The notes: generated by a model from the letters alone, not told the origin. DNA of 64,000 nt from Eledone cirrhosa (GCA_964016885.1 OZ024747.1:5518001-5582000); one strand, 5' to 3'. Positions 14,997 to 29,141 are shown, numbered from the stretch's first letter. A program made the numbers and translations.

Positions 14997-15185
14997 AGGA
15001 AAATGTATGACCTCGACAGCAGAGCTCAAGCCATTTCGACTGCTATTTCTGGTCCAGAAATAGCAGTCGAAACTGCTTGAGCTCTGCCGTCGGGTCATAC
15101 ATTTTCCTACTACCCACTCTACTACCCTAAGTATTGAGTACTCTGGTGCGTTATGGTCCATCTGGTTCCTTATCACAACTCCTTC

Positions 15186-15188
<3 letters not shown>
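14997..15188 (+). mobile_element. Family A copy (fold-back)
   Basis: Same architecture, centre ttctggtccagaa, (TA)n flanks. Confidence 0.7.
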
Positions 15189-15222
<34 letters not shown>

Positions 15223-15883
15223 CCTTGGTGTATTCTTTCGAGAGTGTTCTTGTCAAATCACTCCCTTCTAACATACATGTCTAAACGTAAGATAATATGT
15301 CTTGTTCAGAAAAACAAAAAACAAAACATAAAGCAAAATATAAGTAAATATGACAAATGTAAATAAAATAAAGAGGAAAACACGTGCCGTAGATATGAAC
15401 TCGCGATAAAGGAAGTTGCTGGTCGTCTAACATTTTATTCACAATTTCATTTGATCTAAACCGAAATATTTCCTCTTTTATTTAGCTATTTGTTTATCTT
15501 TTTTGTTGGTTATTGTTGTTGTTGGCTTTTTTTTTGGGGGGGGGGGGTAGCAGCATATTTGACAATGCAAGCAAAATACAAAAATTGGGGCCTTGTATTT
15601 TAACGTAATATAAAATTGTAAAATTGAGACGTGCGTGTGCGTTTATATATATATATATATATATATATAAAATCTTTTCCTGAGTCCTGTATTTTCGTTG
15701 CTCTAGTGATGCGGCTGGACTGCCGACCGCTATATTTGATTTGCTAAGCTGTCTAAACATATTGTTATTACTCTGGGTTACTTTTCCCCATCCTAGTGCT
15801 AAAGCTACAGACCGAACTTGCATTCGTTAGCTTGGCCGCGAACTAAAGCTTTGTTAATGCTGTACTAAAATTTGTATATATAT

Positions 15884-16251
15884 ATATTAGAAAGTGAGGT
15901 TTTTTTTTTACAAAATGAAAAATAACCGAGGTGTCCTACACGAGTGAAAGTATACGGAAAAAAGATGAAATCGAAAATGCAACTGAAGTCTTATTTTTTT
16001 TTTTTTAAATATATATATTTATTTGGTTCCTTTACCGGTTTCGCAGTTCTTCTGCTTTTCAAAAGGTGAGTTGAGATGGAGGGTCTGTGGTTTTTCTCAC
16101 ATCAGATGTGAGAAAAACCACAGACCCTCCATCTCAACTCACCTTTTGAAAAGCAGAAGAACTGCGAAACCGGTAAAGGAACCAAATAAATATATATATT
16201 TAAAAAAAAAAAAATAAGACTTCAGTTGCATTTTCGATTTCATCTCTTTTT

Positions 16252-16253
<2 letters not shown>
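15884..16253. mobile_element. Family D element with a perfect 283-bp palindrome (15963-16245)
   Basis: 141-bp arms around a single base at 16104; (TA)n flanks; second copy at 41206-41390. Confidence 0.75.
16142..16179 (+). ncRNA. Minimal type I hammerhead (family D) with U3-A8 core
   Basis: CCTT-TTGAAAA-GCAG AAGAA CTGC-GAAA-CCGG-TA-AAGG: stems I and II pair, palindromic stem III ACCGGT, GUA site. Mirror copy on the minus strand at 16029-16066. Confidence 0.6.
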
Positions 16254-16287
<34 letters not shown>

Positions 16288-16662
16288 CGAGATTTATCCT
16301 TAATAAGATATCTCAAAATGTGAGCGAAACCCATGGGTCGGGATTTAGTGATTTAATCCTGGTATGTATATAAACATTTCTAACATTAATTTTTAACCTA
16401 ATTATGTATGGTTGACCGTATATTTAATTAATTTCCACATGCTGTTGAAATGTTGGGTAAATATTCTATAGCGGTTGGCCGCGAAGACGCTGCTGTGGAG
16501 TATTTATTTACTGTTTCTTCATAGGTGCCTTTTATTCTTATAGCTTGGTCTAATTGATTTTTTGTGTGGTTAATTATGCTGATTGGGAGTAGAGATTATG
16601 TATATATGTATTATCAAATAATTCTCTGGACATGCTTTACTCTATAGTATATATATATATAT

Positions 16663-16853
16663 ATTTAATATAGAAAGGCTTCTATAGGACTAGAACTGCT
16701 TCATTCGGGAGAAATAATCAGGAAGCCTGATGATTTCTCCCGAATGAAACAGTTCTAGTCCTGTAGAAGTCTTTCTATACTAAATATTTATACTGCTTTG
16801 TATTGAGTACCTTACTTACTGTGGCTACCCCCGATTGAACCCGGGATAAACTT
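16663..16853 (+). mobile_element. Family B hammerhead-bearing mini-element with inverted 5' piece, in (TA)n
   Basis: CTGATGA(16727)-TTTC TCCC GAAT-GAAA-CAG TTCTAGTC CTGT-A-GAAG. The inverted piece shows GCTTC before the core, pairing with GAAGC (stem I). Tail ...gattgaacccgggataaactt(TA)n. Confidence 0.65.
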
Positions 16854-17587
16854 TATATATATATATATATACTTTTACGTTCTGAGTTCAAATCCCGCCG
16901 AGGTTAACTTTGCCTTTCATCCTTACGGGGTCGATAAAATAAAGTACCAGTAATGTACTTACGTTCATTTACGTTATGAGTTCAAATCTCACTGAGGTAA
17001 GTTTTGCCTATCATCCTTACCGGATTGATAAAATAAAGTACCAGTAACGAACTGGATCGATTTAATCGAACCCCGCCCCCAAAGGAAAAAAATTTCTGGC
17101 CTTCTGTCTAAACCAGAAATCATTATCTTTAAGGCACCCGCGTCTTAGATTGAAGTAACGTAAGAAATGTATGTAAGGTATATAGATATAAATATATTAT
17201 AGGTCGGGTGACACAACTGGTTACCTTTATGAATAAAAAAACTTCTGTTTTGTTTTTTAGAATTGTGCTGTAAATATTCAATAATAATCACATTTAACAA
17301 TGTTTTATAAGAAAATATCTATATTACTACAAAACTTAAATTTATTAAGTAAAACTTCAATAAATACTATAACCACACACATCGTTCTTTCTCTCTCTCT
17401 CTCTCTCTCTCTCCCCCTCTCTCCCTTTCTCTCTCTCTCTCCCTCTCTCTCTCTCTCTCACTAGATGTACTAACTGCTCTCTCCCGGAATTAATTTGAAT
17501 TTTCTTTTAAATAATAATAAAAAATTGCTCAATATTATATATAGAATGTTCAAATTTTGAAAATAATTAAATGTAAACCGCATACGA

Positions 17588-17629
<42 letters not shown>

Positions 17630-17787
17630 AGATCAAAAGATGGTTAAAAGAGTTCCATGTATTTTATTATGCGCATTTCAAAAATAAATATCATCATGGG
17701 ATGATATTTGCGTTCTCATCAGATAAAATAGGGAGACATGATATGAAGCTTAAAAAACACTAGCGAGCAGTGAAGTGTTAAATCAAT

Positions 17788-17938
<151 letters not shown>

Positions 17939-18584
17939 CAGAGAGAGAGAGAGAGAATATATGATATATATAAGATATCTTTCTCTATAATATATGTAAG
18001 ATATTCATAAAGTTTGTTTTTCTGTCTAAGCACAAATATGATCTACTTTATGGGAAGGGGAGATGTTGTGACCTAAATGCTTTTATCCCCCAGGGTATTA
18101 ATAGGTGTTGATAATATATTGTAGATTCATTGTGTGGATATTAATTAAGTTGCTGCAGTTATGTGTGGTTTACAGTAATGTGAGAGATTAATAAAACAAA
18201 ATGACAAGATAGTAAGACAGCAAGACATTATAGATTCATTCATCCAACGAATTGTAACCGCTTCAAGGTCTCGGTCCAATGACAGAGCATTTTTTCTTGC
18301 TCCACGGCGCACGACCTACAAAATTACACCAACTTCTGTACAAATATTCTTTAGAAACATTACAAACGATTTATGAAAAAAGTTGGCTTTAATTAATTTT
18401 CTAGCTTACTTTAATTAATTTTCTAGCTTACTTTAATTAATTTTCTAGCTTAATTTAGATGTAAGTGAAACCATAGATATTAAACTTTATTCCAAAAGTA
18501 AAGGGAAAAAGGCCCTTTTCTGTTACGAATGACGTGGGATTTGCACCTAAAAAGTTTCGCTCCGAGGCAGGAGGTGCATTTGTG

Positions 18585-18835
18585 GAAAACCAGCAGTCAA
18601 CCATGCCAACCAGTCTCCCCTCTCCGTGCCACTGATGTTGTCCAAGAGAAAGACAATGACCGATAAAACTTGGCCGCAATGACGTCGCAACTCATTTCTA
18701 CAGCTGAGTAAATTGGAGTTACGTGGAATAAGGTGTCTTGCTCAAGGCCACAACACATCGCCCAACGTGGGAATCGAATTTTAAACCTCACGATTATAAA
18801 CCTAACGCCTTAACCACTAAGCCACGCGTCTTCAC
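18585..18835 (-). mobile_element. Same tRNA-SINE family, partial
   Basis: Matches 56930-57175. Related copies at 48215-48510 (+), 57874-58040 (+) and 58120-58260 (-). Confidence 0.7.
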
Positions 18836-19069
18836 ATTCCTAATTAATACTTAGATAATTCATGTATGTTTATTTGGTTATATTAAATGTTGGAAATGGA
18901 ATCCATTTGCAAGCACGCCATTCGTTAATACGTTTTATTGTAACCAGTAAGCTAATTATGGTCCACCTTCTATTAAACATATTTTCTTAATAAATTCAGA
19001 GTAGCTAAACTGTATTAGACAATAAGAAAGAAGCAATATAAGATTTTATAGCTAGTTTAAAGAGATGAG

Positions 19070-19255
19070 GATCCTCAACGCGGTCGCTCGACTTGCTACG
19101 ACAGCTTTCAAATCACAATACTCAACCGTCTTAGAATAATGTAACCCTAGGTCCTTTTCAGAGAGGAGAAAGGTGGTAATATTATGGCTGGTATGACATC
19201 AATCATAGTTCTGCTCGATCAGAGAACAGCTGAGTCAAACAACAGCAATAGCAAC
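19070..19255 (+). repeat. Dispersed repeat family with (CAA)-like tail, probably retroposed
   Basis: ctcgacttgcta...atggctgg...ctgctcgatcagag...aaacaaca; recurs at 37503-37690 (+) and 60335-60560 (-). Confidence 0.55.
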
Positions 19256-19733
19256 GCTGGTCCAGATGTCTCCCTTATTATGTCTCACCACTCCACAGAA
19301 CGCACTAACCACCCTGCCAATCCTTACTTCCCAAAGACATCAACTGCTGATAACAAAACAAAGTATTTCCTGCAGAGTTACCTTACATATGTTCAAATTA
19401 AACATCAGCCCTACTAATCTCAGCAGCCTCAAAGAGTCTGAGAAACGTCATGGGTTACACTATGCCATCCTCCGACTAAGCCACGGAATAGGCTCTCTAA
19501 ATTGTAATCGGTTAGAGACATATCAAGTGATAAAAACTTGGTTTGAGTTAGTGGTCAGGTTTCTGTCTTTTCATACAACTTATATCTATAACAGCTCATA
19601 TATTTTAAATTAAAATCTTGCAAATCAATTCAGCTTTTTGTTCATGAGATTTTTTTCTCGGAGCAAACATCAAAACAATGATGTATATTAGTAGGTTAAC
19701 CTATTGTGCTAACGATAAGTGACAGATTAATTG

Positions 19734-19897
19734 CTTCTTCTTCTTCTTCTTCTTCTTCTTCTTCTTCTTCTTCTTCTTCTTCTTCTTCTTCTTCTTCTTC
19801 TTCTTCTTCTTCTTCTTCTTCTTCTTCTTCTTCTTCTTCTTCTTCTTCTCCTTCTTCTCCTTCTCGTTCTTCTTCTTCTTCTTCTTCTTCTTCTTCT
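19734..19897. repeat. (CTT)n microsatellite
   Basis: Seen directly. Confidence 0.95.
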
Positions 19898-20068
19898 CCC
19901 ACTTATTCCTGTGAGGGTCGTGGGAGTAGAGTCCTTAAACACTCCTTTCCCCAGGTCCTGTCAGAAGCAACTGAGCCCAACTGATCTAGCTGGATCCCCA
20001 AGCGCGAGCTGTTTGATACAAGAGATATCAGTTGATGTTTCGGACCATTTCTCTTCGTATTAAAGTGG

Positions 20069-20123
<55 letters not shown>

Positions 20124-20695
20124 GGAGCAGTGGTGTTTTAACTTGGCAGTTCAGGGCTTGAAATTTTACATTGTTCACTCCTAAAAGCAATTAAACTTAC
20201 CGACCGCTCCTAGGAGGTTTTCTCGTATCATTAGCATACGGCAGTAAGTTCACTGTTTACAGTATAAAGATATAAGGGTCTCTATTACCAGAAGGAAAGT
20301 CTTCATTTCATTCTTCTATCGTTCTATAAGAGACATTGAAAAGTGTTACCATTATAACGTTCCATTGCTCCTCACTACGGTATCGTTTCAAACTCTGTAA
20401 AATATACCAAAGATAATAATGATAAAACAATTATATATCAGAATATTTACATACGTTACATATAAAGAACATAAAACAAAAATAATTCATTATACATATA
20501 TATGGGCATGTGTGTTTGTGTATATATGTGTGTATATAAGCCTGTCTGTGTATCCTATGACTATATTCCGTTTTAAAATATTTCTATACCAAAAGAAGTA
20601 CCCTGTATGCAATTTCATATAATATTATTTTAAGTTAAGCACACAGTCACATATGTATATCATACATACAGACATGTATACACACACACACACAC

Positions 20696-20732
<37 letters not shown>

Positions 20733-20990
20733 TATACAATTATATACAAACGGGATACATTTACACACTGAAGTTTCCTCTCCACGTTTTTTACATTGGT
20801 TTATCTATTAAGTTGTGTACATAATGCATATATACATAGCTACACATACATATATGCACATGCATTTATGTCTCTTTCTCTCTCTTTCTCTCTATCTATC
20901 GCTTTGTCTCTTTCTCTCTTTTCCTTTTCATTATTATATATCATAGATTCGTAAAGATGTGATCACAGACACACACACACATATACACGA

Positions 20991-21047
<57 letters not shown>

Positions 21048-21086
21048 AATGCAAATTTTGCGCATGTCTGTGTATGCCTGTACAGA

Positions 21087-21188
<102 letters not shown>

Positions 21189-22598
21189 TATATAAAGTTT
21201 GATGCGACGAAGTTTCACTTTCAGATGTTTATATTGAATATCGATCGCTACGTACGTTTCACAAATAATAGGCTCGAGGTCTATATAGATTTGATATACC
21301 TGACTCCATCAGACGCGTGTCTTGGGCATTTTGTATTTGGTGAAACCCATCTATGTGCAGGGTGAAATACAGCAGATTCCTTCTCGAGATAGATAAATAT
21401 ATATATATATATAAAGAGAAGGAGAGAGGGGGGATGAACTAACCTCAGAACTAGCTTAGTACTTTATTTATCGGCCACGAAAAGATGAAAGGTAAAATAT
21501 AACTTGGCAGCATATTTTAATCCAACTCTATAAAGACTCGTCCAATTCGCCGGCTAAAATATATACTTACGTGTAAAACTATACGCGTAGAGCATTTTAG
21601 ACGATTAGAGTTTTGTATAGCCCTATACTGGCGGCATGATCAGGGTAGAAAGAAACTCGTTGTATCTGCGGTTAAATAACTATAACCTCATATATTATTA
21701 AGTTTTATAAACTCCCTGAAATAAATGACACCACAAAGCAATAAATTAATTAATTCTACGGTATAAGAAACGAAGAGATTAGCGTCTCGGAAAGCTATCC
21801 TTCTTCAAAAAAAAAATAAACGCTGGGAAGAAAAGAGCAAATTCTATGCCTTTATCTATGTCAATACAAAACCTTTTTTTCAGATTACAGTGGATTAAAT
21901 ATATATTAATATATCTTTTAAATGCTCTTAAATCATTGCATACGTTTTCACGAACTTTATCTATTGAATTATCAAGCGGATGGTATGTCTGGAAAAAAAT
22001 ATGAATATTTTCAGTATTTTCCTGTATAACATGTGTTATAATCACACAACACAAACCCCTGTGGAAATGTAAAAAGAAGAAAAAAATGTGTTGGCAATGA
22101 GGTGATGGCCTTACTACTACTACTACTAGTAGTATCTTCTTGAACTGTTAATCTAGCCCACGGGTAACAAGAAAACTATTTGGCAGGGCATGTGATGTTT
22201 ATCAGCATGTAAGAGTAGAGGGTGGTGCTATACATGTATGGATGGTTTTGTATGTTGGTAAAGGTGAGTGTGTGCCTGTGTGTGGTGTGTGTGTTCGGTT
22301 CCGTGGATGCGTACGTGTGTGAGAGAGAAAGAGACAGGGAGTGTGTGTATGAGAGAGAGAGACATAGAGAGAGAGAGAGACAGGGAGAGTATGTGTGCGT
22401 GTGTGTATGTGTGTGGTGAGTGTGTGAGAGAGAGAAAGAGACAGGGAGAGCGTGTGTGTGTGTGTGAGAGAAAGAGACAGGGAGTGTGTGTGTGTGTATG
22501 TGTGTGTGTCTGAGAGAATGTATGTTTGTGCGCGTGTATGTGTATGTATGTTGGTAAAGGCGGCTGTGTCGAGATGGTGAAGACATGACTACGAGAGT

Positions 22599-22648
<50 letters not shown>

Positions 22649-22826
22649 GTGTATGAAGGAGAGGACGTGTGTATATGTGTGTGTCTGAGAAAATGTGTGT
22701 TTGTGTGTGTGTATGTGTTTGTATATATGTACATATGTATGTGAGAGTATTTATATGCTTTTCCATGTCTCTGGTATCCCTACCAGGTATTTAGAAATGC
22801 CTGGTATGGTTAGGAACAAGGCAATC

Positions 22827-22897
<71 letters not shown>

Positions 22898-23067
22898 GCA
22901 TATATACATACATATATATACATGTACATATGTATGTGTGAATGCATATATATATATATATTAGACATATACACATGTTTAAATATGTACGTCTGTGTGT
23001 TTTTTGTGTGATGAGGCTAGCATAAATCTGACAAGCATAGTAGAAACCTACGCACACATAACAGATA

Positions 23068-23145
<78 letters not shown>

Positions 23146-23308
23146 CAGACACAGATCCATGCTATGTATATATATACAAGTCTGTGTGTGCGCATTTGTC
23201 TGTATATATATTTATAATATGTTTGTGTCTGTATATATACACACATATATATATATATATATATGTGTATATATAAATGAAAAGTATAGAAATTGTTGTA
23301 GCGAGAAG

Positions 23309-23345
<37 letters not shown>

Positions 23346-23356
23346 TATACACACAC

Positions 23357-23401
<45 letters not shown>

Positions 23402-23403
23402 AT

Positions 23404-23451
<48 letters not shown>

Positions 23452-23453
23452 AT

Positions 23454-23487
<34 letters not shown>

Positions 23488-23982
23488 CTATACACACACA
23501 CATATATATATATATATACCTATACACACGCACATATATATATATATATACATATATATATACACGGATGTAAAGAATTCGATAAGTGTATTAACCTAGT
23601 TGCTTGCCGTTTTTATTTCCCCCTATCTAATTTATCATCATGACTCCCCCTCTCTCTAACTCATGTTCACTCCCTCTCTCTCCCTTGCCATTCATTTCCT
23701 CAACCTTCCTTCGGTCATCTCCTCCACCTCATTCTCTGCTCCACCCCCTTTCACTTTCTTTATCTATCTATTCCTCACTCTTTCCTCTCTATCTATCTAT
23801 ATCTCTCTCTTTCCTCTCTACCATCTCTCTCTCCTTCACATCTCATTCATCCACCTTCATTTTTATTTCATTTAGTCATTTATCTCTCCTTCACCTTCTC
23901 TTCCTCCCCTCTCTCTCTCACGCTCACTTTCTCTCTTCCTATATATTCCTTGGTTATGTCAACATTTATAAAACACACTTTG

Positions 23983-24044
23983 TATTTTATCTGATGAAAG
24001 CGTACCAAAGTTTTTGGTACGCTTGAAATATATATAATAGAATA
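23983..24044 (+). ncRNA. Type I hammerhead ribozyme (family C), intact core
   Basis: Stem I TATTTTAT/ATAGAATA; CTGATGA 23991-23997; 12-bp stem II AAGCGTACCAAA/TTTGGTACGCTT; GAAA 24025-24028; palindromic stem III ATATATAT; AUA cleavage triplet 24034-24036. Confidence 0.8.
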
Positions 24045-24184
24045 AATATGGTTTTATAAATATAGTTTCAATTTATTTAATATCATTGATCTTTATTTAA
24101 TATCAGAAAAAACTGTCGAGTGCTCTGAATCAGTTATAAACATTTAAATTTGTTGAATTACCAACAAATTGAATATCCCTTCTG

Positions 24185-24252
<68 letters not shown>

Positions 24253-24585
24253 CTCACATTCCAACCAGGTTTGATTGTCTTTATTCTCTCTCGTTCACGA
24301 TTTCACCGAATTTAAATTCATAGAAATTTGGGACTTGACTCCTTCTTCCTCACTTTTCGTTGCTTCACCATTTTTGTTTGTTTACACTCGTGTCCCCTTA
24401 TTTACGTGTCCCAACGACTTTTTTTAGCCGTTGCTCGCACCAACCGGAGGTATATGGTCTTTAAAGCGATGAAATACCAATGATTGTTGGAAGATCACTG
24501 ATGATGGACTAACTTTATTCATATATATATATATATATATATAGTTACAATTTGCTTACAAACCAAAAAGTTAAGTGTTCAATGC

Positions 24586-24616
<31 letters not shown>

Positions 24617-24654
24617 CAATTTGCTTACAAACCAAAAAGTTAAGTGTTCAATGC

Positions 24655-24693
<39 letters not shown>

Positions 24694-24999
24694 ATTACTA
24701 GTGTGATAAGCAAAGTCTGCGTAAAGTTATATGTGTACGGAGATAGATAGAAAGAAAAAAAAAGATTGGTAGAACGATAGATAAGACAGATAGATAGATA
24801 GATAGACAGACAGATAGATAGACAGATAGATAGATAAGACAGTTAGATAGATAGATAGACAGACTGTATAATATGTTCTCATGGAAGGCCCAGTTTCCGG
24901 GTAATGAATATTTATCATTTAGTGTAATTAATTCATATTTAAAAGACATATGAAATGGGATATGTTACAAACGGATATTATATATATATATGTGTGTGT

Positions 25000-25066
<67 letters not shown>

Positions 25067-25596
25067 AGAGTGGAGTGCTCATGAGCAGAGATGCTATAAA
25101 ATATCTTATAAAATAGGTTGGAGACATTTGAAGACGGAGAAACAAGATAGCAATTTTTCAAAAAAGTTTTCAATCAATTTTAAAGTTATTTTATAACATC
25201 TCCGCGCATGAGCACACTCTTTATACTAACTTTATCCCCCCCCCCCTCCCACAGCTCTCCGTAAAGGTCTGAGAGATCGACTAGGTATATGTTCGTATAT
25301 ATAATAATATGGGCTCTATATAGAAATATATTCCTATTACCATTAAATGGTAACTATACACTATACACATATATAGTCTTCTAATCGAGGTATTTTTTTC
25401 ACAGAGGGCGCTCCACAAGTGAATATAGGCTGGGAGTATGACCAATGTCTACGTGAAAGATATAAATGGGGGGGGGGGTACATCCATATATAGGCTGTAT
25501 AGACTGTTAGGGGAAACACATACATACATATACTAAATATATCGGATCTAGCTGTCGAAACGGCCGGAGCTCAGTCGTCGGGGTCCTGACTCTTTT

Positions 25597-25651
<55 letters not shown>

Positions 25652-25875
25652 TAATTTATATATGTATATATGTATGTATGTACCTATATATATTTCAAGT
25701 GTTAAACTAATATATGTTTTCATTGTACTGTGTCGTTTGCTCTGTCATTACGGTTTACTGTTTACATATATATATATATATGTAAATATATATACATATA
25801 TATATATATATGTAAATATATATACATATATATATATATATGTAAATATATATACATATATATATATATATGTAA

Positions 25876-25908
<33 letters not shown>

Positions 25909-26013
25909 AATATATATATACATATATATATAAATATATATACATATATATATACATATATATACATATATATATAAATATATAAACATATATATATATA
26001 TAAACATATATAT

Positions 26014-26048
<35 letters not shown>

Positions 26049-26107
26049 AATATATATACATATATATATAAATATATATACATATATATATATATAAATA
26101 TATATAA

Positions 26108-26157
<50 letters not shown>

Positions 26158-26673
26158 TATATATATATACTATATATATATATACTATATATATATATAT
26201 ATATATGTAGTATACATACATGTGTACTGGTATGTGTCTGCTTGTCATTCCTACATATGTAATATATTTTGATTGATATGATTCTTAAAATATCCTACAT
26301 TCTTAAGGTAGATATTATCATATTTTTTATCGACCCTGGGTAGAAGTAACTTAATATACATCGCACTGATACTTGAACTCTCAACGTAAAGACCGTAATT
26401 TAGCGTCACATGCTGTAGAGATCACTACACTAAACAATCTATCAAACCCCACATCTCACACTCTTACTTGTATAATTGTGTGTCTATCATGCGTGTGTGT
26501 GTGTGGATGTGTGTGTGTGTGCGTGTGGATGTGGATGTGTGTGTGAGTGTGTGTGTATACATTCTTTCCCTCTCTCGGGAGCCGATACTTTCTAATATAG
26601 TCACACTCTACTATCCCAAGTATCGAGTACTCTGTTGTGTAATGGTCTAACTAATGGTCTATACATGTTTAAT

Positions 26674-26808
<135 letters not shown>

Positions 26809-26984
26809 GGTACATGGCTTATTGGTTGGAGTGTTGGGCTTAAAATCGGGAAAATTTCTAGAATGAAATACATATAGAATGACAAATAAGAAATGTTTTC
26901 ACTTACAGAGAGAATCAAGCCAAAATTATCCATCGGTATTCTGCATATACATATATAGTGATTAGCAATCTTTAGACACCCTAA

Positions 26985-27973
26985 TCTATATATATAAAAC
27001 TGTGGTTGTCTGTCTGTCTATCGATTTTTGGCACACATCTCCTCTTAGAATCTCTCACAGAATTGCACCGAAATTGCTATACTTGTACATTGAGCCCTAG
27101 CGAAGACATCGGAAAAAAGATATTTCAAATTGACCCACTCTATGTGACGAAATCGAATATAATGTATCGATTTTTGAGCGTAAGTTATCAGTTATTTCCC
27201 TTTGTTCTGTTTACATTGAGCGTCTTACGTAAAAAATTACGCTGGCTTTCTCAGCGTTTAAAATGACATTAACACAATACACGAACAGACAGTTGTCGAG
27301 CCAGCAAAATATTGACCTGCAAAATTCATCAGTTCGAACACTAAGTTTCCGTTTTGATTCATTTCCATTTAAAAGCATTTTAAAACAATATTTTTACTTG
27401 AAAACAAGTCTATTTAAAGACTACGTAAAACAAGCAAATATTTCGTCGTTAGGCGTGCAGACAGACAATCGTGCAGACAGACAGTCATGCAGAGAGGTGA
27501 TATACGCGTGCAGACAGACAGTCGTGCAGAGAGGTGATATAGGCGTGCAGACAGACAGTCGTGCAGAGAGGTGATATAGGCGTGCAGACAGACAGTCGTG
27601 CAGAGAGGTGATATAGGCGTGCAGACAGATAGTCGTGCAGAGAGGTGATATAGGCGTGCAGACAGACATAACTGATAATTTGGTTACGCTAATGTTTTTC
27701 TCTGCGTTGCAGTGTTTACATTTTCGATCTTTGTTAATATATAACCAGTGCAGTTTTTATCCCCAGCATCCTCTTTTGTTATAACATTCGGGTTATCGTT
27801 ATGTTTTCTTAACTTCATAAGGCATATTGTTGGTTGAGGGAATATTAATCAAAAACACCACATGCAAGTCTGCACAGTAGACACTACAGTTTTTAAGCCA
27901 AAAAAGAAACTTAACATTGTAACTTTAACACAGCCACTGAGCGACCCCGAGCAACGCCGGGCTTTACTGCTAG
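26985..27973 (+). mobile_element. Non-autonomous Helitron, copy 1
   Basis: A|TC 5' end, subterminal hairpin CCCGAGCAACGCCGGG, CTAG|T 3' end, no TSD. Near-identical second copy at 50238-51113 defines both ends. Internal 37-bp tandem repeat. Confidence 0.85.
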
Positions 27974-28048
27974 TCAATGAAACAATTGTTAATACTGTAA
28001 ATATTACCCTTTTTGTACTGTTGACCATGTTATTCTTCACTCTTTCAC

Positions 28049-28109
<61 letters not shown>

Positions 28110-28488
28110 AATACCTATGTTAATCGAGAGGAGACCACTGTTATAAAAGATACTCATTACGTTAGTAGTGTATAGGCGTATTTATTATATTATAGCATTG
28201 GCTTCTAGAAGGCTGCAAATGTTTCATTCGTAAGAAATCTCCACGAAAGTCCTTTCCTTGTGATTTCTTACGAATGAATCAGTTCTATACCTGCGGGCTT
28301 TTTTGTGTCTTTACTTGACCCTTTTTCTGTCTCTCCATTATGATCCTGTCTCTATTTACTACTCCTGAAGAAGGGTTTAAGCCCGACACGTTCAACTTTC
28401 TTTCCTCTTTTCAATATAAAACGTGAAACTATTAAGAATTTTTGTACCTCTGTTTGTCGTCTCCTTGAACAATATATATATATATATA

Positions 28489-28552
<64 letters not shown>

Positions 28553-28615
28553 CGTATATACATATATATATATATATACGTATATACATATATATATATA
28601 TGTATATATATATAC

Positions 28616-28675
<60 letters not shown>

Positions 28676-29092
28676 GTACATATACCCCACCATTTAAATA
28701 AATATTATTCCACTCTGCTTAACAGTATTGAATACTTTTTTCGCTTCATTGCAATCCACACCAGTTGTGCCTCCATAATCATTTATCTATCAATCTTTCT
28801 TTTTCTCCCCCCCCCCCCCTCTAGGTATATATATATATATATGCGTGTGTGTGTGTGTAAATATATATGGTTGTACATATATACATATAAGGCGATATAT
28901 ATATATATATAGCTGTGCTTCTATACACATCCACACACAGACTCTCAATTATGACAGATTTTCAGCTTCACTGTTATTTTCAATAGTTGATGAGGTCTGT
29001 CATTTGTTAATTTGATATTTTGCGCCAACATATGTTTATACAACACACAACCTGTTTGTATGTATTTCTATTTCTATCTGTGTGTGTATTAG

Positions 29093-29141
<49 letters not shown>

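Noticed and set aside
24542-24656. 45-bp direct duplication separated by (TA)n; also a 41-bp duplication at 49063-49145
   Set aside because: Ordinary local slippage duplications with no further structure.
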